A stretch of 64,000 nucleotides of DNA from Mobula hypostoma (GCF_963921235.1 NC_086097.1:100070001-100134000); one strand, 5' to 3'. Positions 37,271-51,038 are shown, counted from the stretch's first letter. The notes: generated by a model not told the origin, from the sequence alone. A program made the numbers and translations.

Positions 37271-37755
37271 TTATCTATCTATCTTGTACTTGAGCTTCCT
37301 TGTGTATACTTGAACAATAAGCTCCCACTTCTTCTGAATGAAGTGATCCCTAGTTTTGTCAGAGGATAGTCCTGGTATCAGACACAAAGTTATAAAGTTT
37401 CTTTTCTACAGCCAGCTGTAAGAACGAATTAAATGACCTGTGTAGAAATGGACAGATGGTCATGCCTTGCTTTACTGAGGGCATAGCTGGAGATCAGTGT
37501 TATACAGAATCGGATGTGTCCCTATCAGCATTTTCTCCAGTGTCACAGGGCATAAACCTGAAAACGCCATTATTATCCACTGCATTATAACAGCCCTCTC
37601 CACTAGTACTGCCCTGCAGTGGCAGATAGAAACATAGAAACATAGAAACATAGAAAACATACAGCACAATACAGGCCCTTTGACTCACAAAGCTGTGCCG
37701 AACATGTCCTTACCTGAGAAATTACCCAGGGTTACCCATAGCCCTCTATTTTTCT

Positions 37756-40676
37756 AACTAAGAGAGTTGTAAAAGTGCGGCTGAAGGCTTTGTGTGTCAA
37801 TGCAAGGAGCATTCGTAACAAGGTGGATGAATTAAAAGTGCAGATTGTTATTAATGAATATGATATAGTTGGGATCACAGAGACATGGCTCCAGGGTGAC
37901 CAAGGATGGGAGCTCAACATTCAGGGATATTCAATATTCAGGAGGGATAGACATGAGAGAAAAGGAGGTGGGGTGGCATTGCTGGTTAGAGAGGAGATTA
38001 ACGCAATAGAAAGGAAGGACATAAGCCGGGAGGATGTAGAATCGATATGGGTAGAGCTGCATAACACTAAGGGGCAGGAATCGCTGGTGGGAGTTGTGTA
38101 CAGGCCACCTAACAGTAGTAGTGAGGTTGGGGATGGTATTAAACAGGAAATTAGAAATGTGTGCAATAAGGGAACAGCAGTTATAATGGGTGACTTCAAT
38201 CTACATATAGATTGGGTGAACCAAATTGGTAAGGGTGCTGGGAAGAGGATTTCTTGGAATGTATGTGGGATGGTTTTCTGAACCAACATGTCGAGGAACC
38301 AACTAGAGAGCAGGCTATTCTAGACTGGGTATTGAGCAATGAGGAACGGTTAATTAGCAATCTTGTCGTGAGAGGCCCCTTGGGTAAGAGTGACCATAAT
38401 ATGGTGGAATTCTTCATTAAGATGGAGAGTGACATAGTTAATTCAGGAACAAAGGTTCTGAACTTAAAGAAGGGTAACTTTGAAGGTATGAGATGTGAAT
38501 TAGCTAAGATAGACTGGCAAATGACACTTAAAGGGTTGACGGTGGATATGCAATGGCAAGCATTTAAAGGTTGCATGGATGAACTACAACAATTGATCAT
38601 CCCAGTTTGGCAAAAGAATAAATCAAGGAAGGTAGTGCACCCGTGGCTGACAAGGGAAATTAGGGATAGTATCAATTCCAAAGAAGAAGCATACAAATTA
38701 GCCAGAAAAAGTGGCTCACCTGAGGACTGGGAGAAATTCAGAGTTCATCGGAGGAGGACAAAGTGCTTAATTAGGAAGGGGAAAAAAGATTATGAGAGAA
38801 AACTGGCAGGGAACATAAAAACTGACTGTAAAAGCTTTTATAGATATGTGAAAAGAAAAAGATTGGTTAAGACAAATGTAGGTCCCCTACAGACAGAAAC
38901 AGGTGAATTGATTATGGGGAGCAAGGACATGGCAGACCAATTGAATAATTACTTTGGTTCTGTCTTCACTAAGGAGGACATAAATAATCTTCCAGAAATA
39001 GTAGGGGACAGAAGGTCCAGTGAGATGGAGGAACTGAGTGAAATACATGTTAGTAGGGAAGTGGTATTAGCTAAATTGAAGGGATTAAAGGCAGATAAAT
39101 CCCCAGGGCCAGATGGTCTGTATCCCAGAGTGCTTAAGGAAGTAGCCCAAGAAATAGTGGATGCATTAGTGATAATTTTTCAAAACTCTTTAGATTCTGG
39201 ACTAGTTCCTGAGGATTGGAGGGTGGCTAATGTAACCCCACTTTTTAAAAAAGGAGGGAGAGAGAAACCAGGAAATTATAGACCGGTTAGCCTAACATTC
39301 GTGGTGGGGAAACTGCTAGAGTCAGTTATCAAAGATGTGATAACAGCACATTTGGAAAGCCGTGAAATCATCGGACAAAGTCAGCATGGATTTGTGAAAG
39401 GAAAATCATGTCTGACGAATCTCACAGAATTTTTTGAGGATGTAACTAGTAGAGTGGATAGGGGAGAACCAGTGGATGTGGTATATTTGGATTTTCAAAA
39501 GGCTTTTGACAAGGTCCCACACAGGAGATTAGTGTGCAAACTTAAAGCACACGGTATTGGGGGTAAGGTATTGATGTGGATAGAGAATTGGTTGGCAGAC
39601 AGGAAGCAAAGAGTGGGAATAAGCAGGACCTTTTCAGAATTGCAGGCAGTGACTAGTGGGGTACCGCAAGGCTCAGTGCTGGGACCCCAGTTGTTTACAA
39701 TATATATTAATGACTTGGATGAGGGAATTAAATGCAGCATCTCCAAGTTTGCAGATGACACGAAGCTGGGTGGCAGTGTTAGCAGTGAGGAGGATGCTAA
39801 GAGGATTAAGGGTGACTTGGATAGGTTAGGTGAGTGGGCAAATTCATGGCAGATGCAATTTAATGTGGATAAATGTGAAGTTATCCACTTTGGTGGCAAA
39901 AATAGGAAAACAGATTATTATCTGAATGGTGGCCGATTAGGAAAAGGGGAAGTGCAACGAGACCTGGGTGTCATTATACACCAGTCATTGAAAGTGGACA
40001 TGCAGGTACAGCAGGCGGTGAAAAAGGCGAATGGTATGCTGGCATTCATAGCAAGAGGATTCGAGTACAGGAGCAGGGAGGTACTACTGCAGTTGTACAA
40101 GGCCTTGGTGAGACCACACCTGGAGTATTGTGTGCAGTTTTGGTCCCCTAATCTGAGGAAAGACATCCTTGCCATAGAGGGAGTACAAAGAAGGTTCACC
40201 AGATTGATTCCCGGGATGGCAGGACTTTCATATGATGAAAGACTGGATGAACTAGGCTTATACTTGTTGGAATTTAGAAGATTGAGGGGGGATCTGATTG
40301 AAACGTATAAAATCCTAAAGGGATTGGACAGGCTAGATGCAGGAAGATTGTTCCCGACGTTGGGGAAGTCCAGAACGAGGGGTCACAGTTTGAGGATAAA
40401 GGGGAAGCCTTTTAGGACCGAGATTTAGGATTCACACAGAGAGTGGTGAATCTGTGGAATTCTCTGCCACAGGAAACAGTTGAGGCCAGTTCATTGGCTA
40501 TATTCAAGAGGGAGTTAGATATGGCCCTTGTGGCTAAAGGGATCAGGGGGATGGAGGGAATGCTGGTACAGGGTTCTGAGTTGGATGATCAGCCATGATC
40601 ATACTGAATGGCGGTGCAGGCTCGAAGGGCCGAATGGCCTACTCCTGCACCTATTTTCTATGTTTCTATGTTTCTA
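37756..40676 (+). mobile_element. Young CR1 LINE with a nearly complete ORF2 (APE + RT), nested antisense in an older CR1 3' end
   Basis: APE motifs NARSIRNK, GITETW, GGGVALL, YRPP, GDFN, SDH; frameshift ~38240; 724-aa ORF 38254..40428 with RT motifs; small deletion ~40425; (GTTTCTAT)n tail; host CR1 on both sides (37626-37755, 40677-40840). Confidence 0.95.
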
Positions 40677-40848
40677 CCTGTCCAGGGGTCTATCATTTCT
40701 GCCTCCACCGCTTCCTTGTAAAACTCTTCTGCACCCTTTGTATAGTTTCCACGTCCTTCCTATAGAGAGGCGACCAGAACTGAGCACAATATTCCAAGTG
40801 GGGTCTGACCAGGGTCCTATAGAGCTGCAACATTACCTCTCCTCTGGA

Positions 40849-41480
40849 GCATTAGCGGAAGTTTGAGAAGTCAATGTTCATACCATCAGGTTGGAGGCTA
40901 CCCAGACGGAATATAATTCCACATCCCATTCCCATTCTGATATGTCTATCCACGGCCTCCTCTACTGTAAAGATGAAGCCACACTCAGGTTGGAGGAACA
41001 ACATCTTATATTCCGTCGGGGTAGCCTCCAACCTGATGGCATGAACATTGACTTCTCAAACTTCCGCTAATGCCCCACCTCCCCCTCGTACCCCATCTGT
41101 TATTTATTTATATACACACATTCTTTTTCTCTCTCTCTCTCTCTCTCCTTTTTCTCCCTCTGTCCCTCTCACTATACCCCTTGCCCATCCTCTGGGTTTT
41201 CCCCCCCTCCCCCTTTTCTTTCTCTCTAGGCCTTCTGTCCCATGATCCTCTCATATCTCTTTTGCCAATCACTTGTCCAGCTCTTGGCTCCATCCCTCCC
41301 CCTCCTGTCTTATCCTATCATTTTGGATCTCCCCCTCCTCCTCCCACTTTCAAATCTCTTACTAACTCTTCCTTCAGTTAGTCCTGATGAAGGGTCTCGG
41401 CCCGAAACCTCGACTGTACCTCTTCCTAGAGATGCTGCCTGGCCTGCTGCGTTCACCAGCAACTTTGATGTGTGTTGCTT
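40849..41480 (+). mobile_element. Young Penelope 3' fragment with a 68-bp inverted arm
   Basis: 40849-40916 is the reverse complement of 41006-41073 (two mismatches seen); same family as 3205-4319. Confidence 0.88.
41380..41415 (+). ncRNA. Minimal hammerhead motif variant
   Basis: AGTC-CTGATGA-A-GGG-TCTCGG-CCC-GAAA-CCTC-GACT; the stem III palindrome is altered (CCTC instead of CGTC). Confidence 0.6.
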
Positions 41481-41499
41481 AATGCACAAGCTGCTGTCT

Positions 41500-42310
41500 G
41501 TTGGTAGCGTGCGTCTCCAGTGATCCATCGGTTAGACTGATGAAGCTTGTAGTTGACACCCCTGTCACAGGAATAATCACCAGAGGTGACAAATCCAAGT
41601 ACCACCGAGAAGTAACCAAGCTGGTGTCCTGGTGCAATCACACCAACTTGGAGCTGAATGCCCTCATAACCATGGAGATGCAGAACCACTTCATGTGAAA
41701 TGTGTCTCCTCTCCACCCCCTCTTCATCAACAACTCTACAGTTAGCACCACTTCAACATTCAACTTCCTGGCTATTATTATTTAATATCACATCATGTGG
41801 GAGAGCTATAGATCCTTCATTAACAAAAAAGGATTGGCAGAGGATGTACTTCTTGTGTCAATTGCTAAAATTCCATCCTCTTCAAACATATTGGAGCAAT
41901 TCTACACTGTCATCATAGAGAAAATCCTCACATCAGCTATTACCTACTGACTTGGTGCAATACCCTCTCACAATATATGAAAACTATAGTGGATTGTCAT
42001 TTTGGTTACAGTCCGCCATCACTGTAGGACTTGAGTGTGTCCAGGACAAGAAAGTGGGAAGGTAAAATCATTGCAGACACTACCCACCCAGTAACCTGCA
42101 TTTTCCAAGAGTTTCCACATGGAGAGCATTGTAGGGCTATTAAAACCAGAGCTTCACGCCATCATAAAAGTTTCTTTCCCCAGGAGGTTAATCTGATCAA
42201 CCATTCTAGTTAACCCCTCACACCCCCCTGTATTACCTCAGTCACTGCACTATAAACACTAAACCACTTTTCATAAAGCTGGTTTACATTGTTAATACAT
42301 GCCGGTATTT
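41500..42310 (+). mobile_element. Diverged Rex1/Babar-like RT fragment
   Basis: YHREVTKLVSWCNHTNLELNAL, KKDWQRMYFL, RHHKSFFPQ. Confidence 0.7.
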
Positions 42311-42354
42311 ATGCACATTTCAATAGGTACAATTAATGTCAGAGAAATGTATAT

Positions 42355-42962
42355 GATAGGTCAAATATAGTAGCAGAATATAGTATTAATGGTAAGACTC
42401 TTGGCAGTGTGGGGGATCAGAGGGATCTTGGGGTCCTGTGCTCAGTTTTGGTCGTCTCACTACAGGAAGGATGTGGAAACCATAGAAGGGGTGCAGAGGA
42501 GATTTACAAGGATGTTGCCTGGATTGGGGAGCATGCCTTATGCCTTATTGAGTGAACTTGGCCTTTTCTCCTTGGAATGACAGAGGATGAGAGGTGACCT
42601 GATAGAGGTCTATAAGATGATGAGAGGCATTAATTGTGTGGATAGTCAGAGGCTTTCTCCCAGGGCTGAAATGGCTAGCACGAGAGGGCACAGTTTTAAG
42701 GTGCTTGGCAGTAGGTACAGAGAAGATGTCAGGGGTAAGTTTTTTACGTAGAGAGTGGTGAGTGCGTGGAATGGGCTGCTGGCGATGGTGGTGGAGGCGT
42801 TTATGATAGGGTCTTTTAAGAAACTCCTGGATAGGTACATGGAGCTTAGAAAAATAGAGGGCTATGGGTAACCCTAGGTAATTTCTGAGGCAAGAACATG
42901 TTCAGCACAGCTTTGTGGGCTGAAGGGCCTGTATTGTGCTCTAGGTTTTCTATGTTTCTATG
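42355..42962 (+). mobile_element. CR1 3' fragment
   Basis: QFWSSHYRKDVETIEGVQRRFTRMLPG; TTTCTATGTTTCTAT tail. Confidence 0.85.
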
Positions 42963-45331
42963 ATATACATCCTGAAGTTCTTTTTTGTCACAAACATCCA
43001 TGAAAATAGGAGTGCCCCAAAGAATGAATGACAATTAAATGTCACAAACTCCAAAGCCCCCCTCCAACTCTCCCCCTCCCCACCGAGCACTCAAGTGTGC
43101 AGGAAAGCATCAATAAAGACACAGACTTGCAGTACCCCAAAGACTACTCATTCACCCGGTAATTCAACGCACCATATTCGTACTTTTTCCATATCTGTAT
43201 TTCTAACTTTATTTTATATTCTTTATAATTGTTTAATGTTTTTTGTTGCACGTTCCACCAACCCCTCACAGGAAATACCTAATGCATGTAAATGTGATGA
43301 ATAGAATCAATTCTTGAACCTCACGGTTGCAGAATTACTTGCTTTATTACTGCCATGCAGTGATGTGCAGACACATCTATCTCTAGCATTATTGTACTCT
43401 GGTATTGCACAGTACTGTACTGCAGGTTATATAGTTGCATTGTGCCACACTCTACAGTACCCCATGGTTACATAGTGCCAGTTGCCCCTCAGTACTATAC
43501 CCCAGGCTTTTTCAGTACTAAACCAGTGCCCCCAAGTGAAGTACCAGGTGGGGGTCTAGGACTGCTTATGATCTTGATCCTATTTATAATCAATGCGGGC
43601 ATAAATCCAGACAACGCACAGCGTTCGCCACGCACCAATCAGTGACACGGACCCCTCCCTGTGTTACATTGAGTTTCTGTAATGATGACCAATCAACTGA
43701 TTGATAAGTAAATAAAATCCGAGCTTTCAGAGGACACGCAAGTGAAAAGTGTACTGATGGTGTCTCCTTGTGTGGTAACGAAACGCTTGCAAATTGTTTG
43801 CCAAGATCGGAGAACAACTCAACCCAACCATTGCATATGATCTTGGATCTGCAACCAGACTGGTATTGACATGGTCTCTGGCTGGAAGCCTGAAATTAAA
43901 GGACATAAAATGCTGTAGTACTCAGCAGGAAAGGCAGCTCCTGTGGAACGAGAGAATGACCTGAATTATCAACCCTATGCCTTTTCGTTAGAAAGGTCCA
44001 GGATGTGAAACATGAACTCTGTTTCTCTGTCAAAAGATACTTCCAACCTGAGTAACTCCAGCATTCTGGATTTCTGGTCTTTGGCACCTTGCTCCTTTGT
44101 CTGGCCTGACTCCAAGCAGAACTGCCTACCCATGGACTTTGGCTGCAGCCTTCATTATGCTCTTCTCCCCCTGTGCCCATTTCTGCAATCTGATGTCAAT
44201 GGCCATTCCCTTTTAAACAGTTGTACCTGCCTTGGAGTTTCCGAACTTTATTTGGACAACCACTGTTGGTCTTGTGGGAAAGCTGGGGTCTGGCATCAGA
44301 AGGTAGCCGCTGAGAGCAGGTTTAGTCATCAGGATAGACGAATGTACAGGGACGACTATTGGTTTACAGTGCAGTTATTTCAAAGTACAGGCTTGACAGA
44401 TAAAGTGGATGAGCTCAGGGTGTGGATTAGTTCTGGGTACTGTGATATCATAGGCATATTAGAAGTATAGCTGAGAAGGGGCTAGAGCTGGCAGCTTAAT
44501 GTTCCAGCATACAGATGCTGCCAGAGTGATGGGTTCGGGTAAGAGAGGAGAGGGAGTCACCTTCTTGATGAAAGGAGACATAACAATGGTCTTAAAGAAG
44601 GGGTATTCTTGTGGGATGATCCCATGAGGCCACAGGGTAGGATGGGTTTCGTCACTTTGGGATTGTATTATAAGCCCCCTAATAGTCAGAGGGAATTGGA
44701 GAAGATATGTAGAGATTGCAGCTTGTTGTAAGCATAATAAAGTAGTACTTGTGTTTGATTTTAACTTTGGTTTGCTCTGCTTTCTGAAGAATGAATGTAT
44801 GTGTCAATTCTCTATATCAATTGCTCACAGCATGTGGAGTGAATCTAATTAGATGAAGCTGATTGCAATAATTTTTAGTTTTATTTGAAGTGTGAAATTG
44901 TTAAGCAGTTTAGTTTTGGTTTAAAAAAATATGATTGTTGCCTGAGGGTCGGAGAAGGGGGTTCTAATATCAATACTAATTGCTTTTGCTCTGTACTAAG
45001 AGGTTAAAGTCAATACAATTGTAAAAATTGTCTTTCTAATAAAGATTTTTCAGTGATGCCCTCTTGATCTTACAGCATTGCCACTCAACCTGAATGCAAA
45101 TGATATTGAATTTGGAATTAACCTGAACTGTACATTATTCAGAGGATTAACAAGGCATGATACATGACACGAGTGCCAATAAGTCTGCCCTGGTACCTCA
45201 GAAGTACGTTGTGCAGCGGTACAGAGTTGTTTACTGGGAAGGAACAGACAAACAATCCAATGGAATGATAGGGTTTGTCCAAGAATGAGTGGCTGAAGAA
45301 ACTAGACTGATATTCTTTGGGGTAAAAGAAT

Positions 45332-45411
45332 GAGGGGTTCCCAACCTTTTTGATGCCATGGATCCCTTCCATTAACCGAGGGGTCCGTGGATCCCAGACT
45401 GGGAACCCCTG
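45332..45411. mobile_element. hAT MITE, opposite-orientation copy of 21614-21692
   Basis: AGGGGTTCCCA...TGGGAACCCCTG ends; interior matches the reverse complement of the first copy. Confidence 0.72.
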
Positions 45412-45589
45412 GTGTAGAAGAAAGAGGGGTGATCTTATTGAAAAGTGCAAGATTCTAACATGTCATTTCAGGATAGACGGAGAGAGATTCTTGAAAGAAG
45501 GTGATTAATTAAAATTAAAATTAATGCAAAGAGGGTGGTGACTATCTGGAATTCTCTACTCCAAATGTAGAGGCTACAACATAAAGGAA

Positions 45590-46290
45590 CATTTAAAGTC
45601 AAATTCGAGTACAGTAAGCTTCAGAGGCACATATCACCATATACGCAGCTTTCAGAAGAAAAATTCAAATATAAACACAATCTCTGCCATAAAGAACTCA
45701 ATTGGAACAAAAATGGCCCATTTTACTGCAAAAGGGCTCATAGTTTTGCTGAACTGTGGTGGGTGGGATTGTGAGAGTTAGTTCACAAACTGAATGGTTG
45801 AAGGACAGCGGCTGTTATTGGACATGGTGGTGTGGGACTTGAGGCTGCTGCCTTTCTTGCCGGAAGGCAGTTGGAAGAAGAGGTTATGGCCTGGATGGTG
45901 GGGATTTTGATGAACATTGCCTTCTTGAGGCAGCACCTCTTGTAGATAGGACGGATGGTGGGGATCAATGTGCCTGTGACCGTTACTCTCTGCAGCTTCG
46001 TATGCTGCTGTGCGTTTGGATTTCTGTAACAGGCCATGATGCAGCCAGTCAGGATACTTTCTACAGTGCACCTGTAGAGGATTGTTAAGAGTGTTTGGTG
46101 ACAAAGCAAACCTCCTTACTTTCAAAGAAAGTAAAGATACTGGGATGCCTTCGTTGTGATTGCTTCTATGAGCTGGACCCGAGACAGGTCACCCAATATG
46201 TTTAAACCCGGGATTTTAAAATTGCTGACTGGCTCCACTGGCAATTCCCCCAATACAGCCTGGAGCCTGTTCATCCTCCTTCCCCTTCGT
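45590..46290 (-). mobile_element. Rex1/Babar 3' fragment
   Basis: YRCTVESILTGCIMACY, HHPGHNLFFQLPSGK. Confidence 0.8.
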
Positions 46291-47829
46291 AAGGTCAACA
46301 ATGGCTCCAAAGTCAGTATTAAAACTCAGCTGCAAATCCAAATAGATAGCATCTTGAAATGTGCAAGTTCTAGCTGTCATTTAGCTTATCCACTTGCAAA
46401 ACTAAAGCTATTTCAGTTCTACCTCACCAACGTGGAGGTAAGATTTTACTGTCTATTTCTCTGAGCTAGTTATTACTTGGTAAAAGTCTACTATGCCAGC
46501 TGAAGGAATTGACTCAGTTAACACTTGTGATGTTTGAGGGTGGGAGAGGGCAACAGTTTAGAATTACTCCAGACATAAAGATGCCTGATTTGCCATTCAG
46601 TAAGATAAAGCCCCACATCACTTCTTTGTATGAACCCCACATTTCACTTAAATTATGTGTTTCAAATATACTTAACAATAAGCCTCCACTGCCTTCAGGT
46701 GTGGAAAATTCCAAGCATTCACCCTCTCTGAGTGAAGACATTACTTCAGATCACAGCGTTGAATGACTGACCACCATATTTTCTGTAATGCCAGTTCTTG
46801 ATACACCATCCTGGAAAAAAAACTTCCCTGTGTTTGCCCTGTCATGGATTTTTTGTTTCAGTGAAATCATCTCGTTTCTAAACTCGAAAATAAGACCCAT
46901 ATTATCCCAATGCCTCTTTCTCAAACTTGTTAAGTGACCTCCCACATGGCACATTATTGAAAGAATTCTGAAATCCCAAATTCAGTGCCATCAAGTGGTT
47001 CACCCTCAATTATGCTCCTAGTGACAACCTCAAGAAACTGGTTAATTTACCAGTTTCCTTTTCGTAAATCCACATTAATCCTGCGGTTGTTCTATTATTT
47101 TCTGAGCTCCCTATAACCCTTCCAAAGGCATGTTTTGCACTGTAATGCTGCCACAAAACAACAAATTTCACGACCTTATGTCAGTTATAATGAATCAAAT
47201 TCAACCATTTTCTCTGCAACTGATGCCAGATTAACTGTTTTCATTCTTTTAAATAGTGTGGGCACATTTGTTAATTTTGAAACCTTGGGAATTGCTGTAA
47301 AAGTTATGAAATTTTGGAAGTTGACAACAAGTCTCTTGTGCTGTCTTTTTTATAGAAGCCTTGGGATACAGATTATCAGGGCTTGGACATTTATCGGTCT
47401 CTTTAAAGTCTTTATATTTATTTTAACTCATGTTAATTTCTTTTAGATCTTCATTTTATCTAATTCTACGATCTCTAGGAAGTTATTGTGTCTTTTGTAA
47501 AGGTGGATTTCCTTGCCACCTCCTTCACCCAGCATAATATCTCCTGTAAATGCCCCACAGTGATTTTTGCTTATTTTTTTATTTATCTATTGCAGTGTTT
47601 ACAGCTTTTCATTTCTTATTTGTGCAGAGTGACTTGTCCAGTGATGTGATAAGTTTTATTAAGTGAATATTAATCACTTAAACAAGTGCAGCTTCTCATT
47701 TTGTGATCTGAGTGTTTTCAGGAATAAAATAATCAATGCATTAATTTACATCAACAGTTAAAGATGTTATTTGGAGTCACTTTAATCAAACCTATCCTGT
47801 TTCTACCAGCAAAACTTGGGGATTTGCTT

Positions 47830-49215
47830 TCCCACATTTATTGAGTACAGTGGAAAATCATTTTTGCATACCATCCATACAGATAATTTCATGACATCAG
47901 TGCATTGAGATAGGTCAAGGGAAAACAATAACAGAGTACAATGTCAAAGTTGCTGGTGAACACAGCAGGCCAGGCAGCATCTCTAGGAAGAGGTACGGTC
48001 GACGTCTCAGGCCGAGACCCTTCGTCAGGACTAACTGAAGGAAGAGTTAGTAAGAGATTTTCACCAGCAACTTTGATGTGTGTTGCTTGAATTTCCAGCA
48101 TCTGCAGAATTCCTGTTGTTTACAGAGTATAACGTTACTTTTTTTTGGCGAAATCGCAGTGCAAATACTCAATAAGATACAAGCACAGTAGCAATGTAGA
48201 TAGTGAGAGAAAGAGTCCATCTTATCATACTTTTCAATAATCTTGAAGAAGGAGGGTAGGAGCTGTCCTTGAGCCTGGTGATATGTGCTTTCACACTTTT
48301 GCATCTGCTTGCATCTGCTGCCCAGTGGGAGGGGGCAGAAGAGAGAATGCCCGGAGTGCAGTCAGCTCTTTGATCATGTTGGCTGCTTTATGGAGGCACT
48401 GCAAAGTGCATGCAGAACCCATGGAGGGGAGGCTGGTTTCTGTGATGTGCTGAGCTGTGCCTTGCAATCTTTAGTAGAGCAGTTGCTATAATCAAGCTAT
48501 GATGTATCCAGATAGCTTTCTTGGCCATGGTTGGACCAGGACAGGCGGTTGGTGATGTTCACTCCAAGGAACCTGAAGTTCTTAACCTTCTCAACTTCAG
48601 CTCCATTGATTTAAACAGGAGCGTGTGCACCACCTCATTTCTTGAAGTTAATGACTGACTTTTTTGTTTTGCTGACATTGAGGGAAATGTCATTGTCATG
48701 ACTCGATGTCACCATGTACCGCGACTCATCTTTGCTTGAGGTTTGGCCCGCTGTGGTGGTGTCACCTGCAAGCGCGTAGGTGGTGTTAGGGCAGAATCTG
48801 TCCGTGTACTTGTGAGTGTACAGGCAATGGAGCAGGGGTAGCCTTGTGGTGCACAGTGGGGCAGAGGTGCTGCTGTCTATCCCGACTGATTATGGTCTGC
48901 TCAGGAAGTCAACAATCCAGTTCCAAAGGGAGGTATTAAGTCCCAGGGCTGGAAGTTTGTAGTTGAGTTTGCTTGGAATTGTAGTACTAAAGACAAATCT
49001 GTAATCAATAACCCATAGTCTAACATAGATGTCTTTACTGGCTCTACTGATGAGTGTAGGACCAGGGATATGGTGTCTGCCGTAGACCTGTTTCACTGGT
49101 AGGCAAATTGCAGTGGGTCAAGGTTCTCTGCGAGGCTGGAGTTGGTGTTTGTCATAACCAGGCATTTGAAACGTCATGATGGTGAATGTCAGAGCCACTG
49201 GGCAGTAGTCATATA
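47830..49215 (-). mobile_element. Degraded Rex1/Babar fragment containing a small Penelope insertion
   Basis: KDIYVRLWVIDY..TTIPSKL..LGLNTSLWNWIVDFL; typical tail at the left end. Confidence 0.7.
47945..48121. mobile_element. Minimal inverted Penelope insertion (two 3' ends only)
   Basis: Reverse-strand terminal repeat 47945-48060 joined to the plus-strand terminus; flanks ACAGAGTACAATGT (47931-47944) / ACAGAGTATAACGT (48122-48135). Confidence 0.8.
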
Positions 49216-49852
49216 TTTGGCACAATTTCTCTCAATATGTCCTACCAACACTAATGTGCCACTGTCTTATCAAACTTTAAGTGTAAATAACTATGTTTTC
49301 AATGCAAGATGTTGCTTGGATAGAACTTATTTTCCAATTAAAAGCATGCAATGGTTTTAATTTCCATTGTTTCTATGATTATGATTTTTGAGGCTATTTA
49401 TGACGACCCAGGTTCTTGAGAAAGATGCTCATTGCATGCATTAATAATACTTAAAAATTTATGTTATTAAAAAGAGCCTTTTGTCCTCCTTCCATCCGTG
49501 CTAATGTTTTATGTTGCTGTGGGAGACAGGTTTTTGGTCCAATGGACAGCTTGGGTATAGTCACACTGGAATAAACACAGGAAATTCCGCAGATGCTGGT
49601 AATCTTGAGCAACACACAAAACATTGGAGGAACTGAGCAAATCGAGTAGCATCTATGGAGGGGAATAAACAGGACTAGAAAGGAAGGGGACAGAATGTAT
49701 AATAAGGTGGGGGAGGGAAAGGTGTACAAACTAGCAGCTGATAGGTGAGACCAGGTGAGGGGGGAAGGTGTGTGAGTTGGGGCTGGAAAAGGATGAAGTA
49801 GGAAGCTCGGCGATGATAGTTCGAAGAGGTTAAGAGCTGAAGAAGAAGGATT

Positions 49853-51038
49853 TAGAAACATAGAAACATAGAAATTCCATGTAGCACAATACAGGCCCTT
49901 CGGCCCACAATGCTGTGCCAAACATGTCCTTACCCTAGAACTACCTAGGCTTACCCATAGCCCTCTATTTTTCTAAACTCCATGTGTCCATCCAGGAGAC
50001 TCTTAGAAGACCCTATCGTTTCCGCTTCCACCGCCGCCACCGGCAGCCCATTCCACGCACTCACCACTCTGTGTGTAAAAAAACTTACCCCTGACATCTC
50101 CTCTGTACCTATTTCCAAGCACCTTAAAACTATGCCCTCTCATGCTAGCCATTTCAGCCCTGGAGAAAAACCTCTGACTATCCACACAATCAATGCCTCT
50201 CATTATCTTGTACACCTCCATCAGGTCACCTCTCATCCTCCGTCACTCCAAGGAGAAAAGACAGAGTTCACTCAACCTATTCTCATAAGGCATGCTCCCC
50301 AATCCAGGCAACATCCTTGTAAATCTCCTCTGCACCCTTTCTATGGTTTCCACATCATTTCTGCAGTGAGGTGACCAGAACTGAGCACAGTACTCCAAGT
50401 GGGACATTACCTCTAGCTCTTAAACTCAATCCCATGATTGATGAAGGCCAGTACACCCTATGCCATCTTAACCACAGAGTCAATCTGCGCAGCTGCTTTG
50501 AGTGTCCTATGGACTTGGACCCCAAGATCCCTCTGATCCTCCACACTGCCAAGAGTCTTACCATTAATGCTATATTCTGCCATCATATTTGACCTACCAA
50601 AATGAACCATCTAACACTTATCAGCCCAGTTTAGCATACTATCAATGTCCCGTTGTAACCTCTGACAGCCCTCCACACTATCCACAACACCCCCAACCTT
50701 TGTGTCATCAGCAAATTTACTAACCCATCCGTCCACTTCCTCATCCAGGTCATTTATAAAAATCACCAAGAGTTGGAGTCCCAGAACAGATCCGGATCCC
50801 TGAGGCACACCACTGGTGACTGACCTCCGTGCAGAATATGACCTGTCTACAACCACTCTTTGCCTTCTGTGGGCAAGCCAGTTCTGGATCCACAAAGCAA
50901 TGTCCCCTTGGATCCCATGCCTCCTCACTTTCTCAATAAGCCTTGCATGGGGTACCTTTTCAAATGCCTTGCTGAAATCCTACATCTACACTACATCTAC
51001 TGCTCTTCCTTCATCGAGGTGTTTGGTCACATCCTCAG
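49853..51038 (-). mobile_element. 5'-truncated CR1 inserted into a minus-strand Penelope remnant (49575-49852 and 51040-51460)
   Basis: SGVPQG, FADDTKVGG, RGDLMEVYKIMRG; (ATAGAAAC)n at the left end; the flanks join into a Penelope UTR plus GIY-YIG remnant (LPVTTHFNS..LGSLQPDG). Confidence 0.88.

Noticed and set aside
38254..40428. 724-aa ORF as a host or domesticated gene
   Set aside because: Standard CR1 ORF2 with a frameshift, 3' deletion, microsatellite tail and a near-identical second copy.
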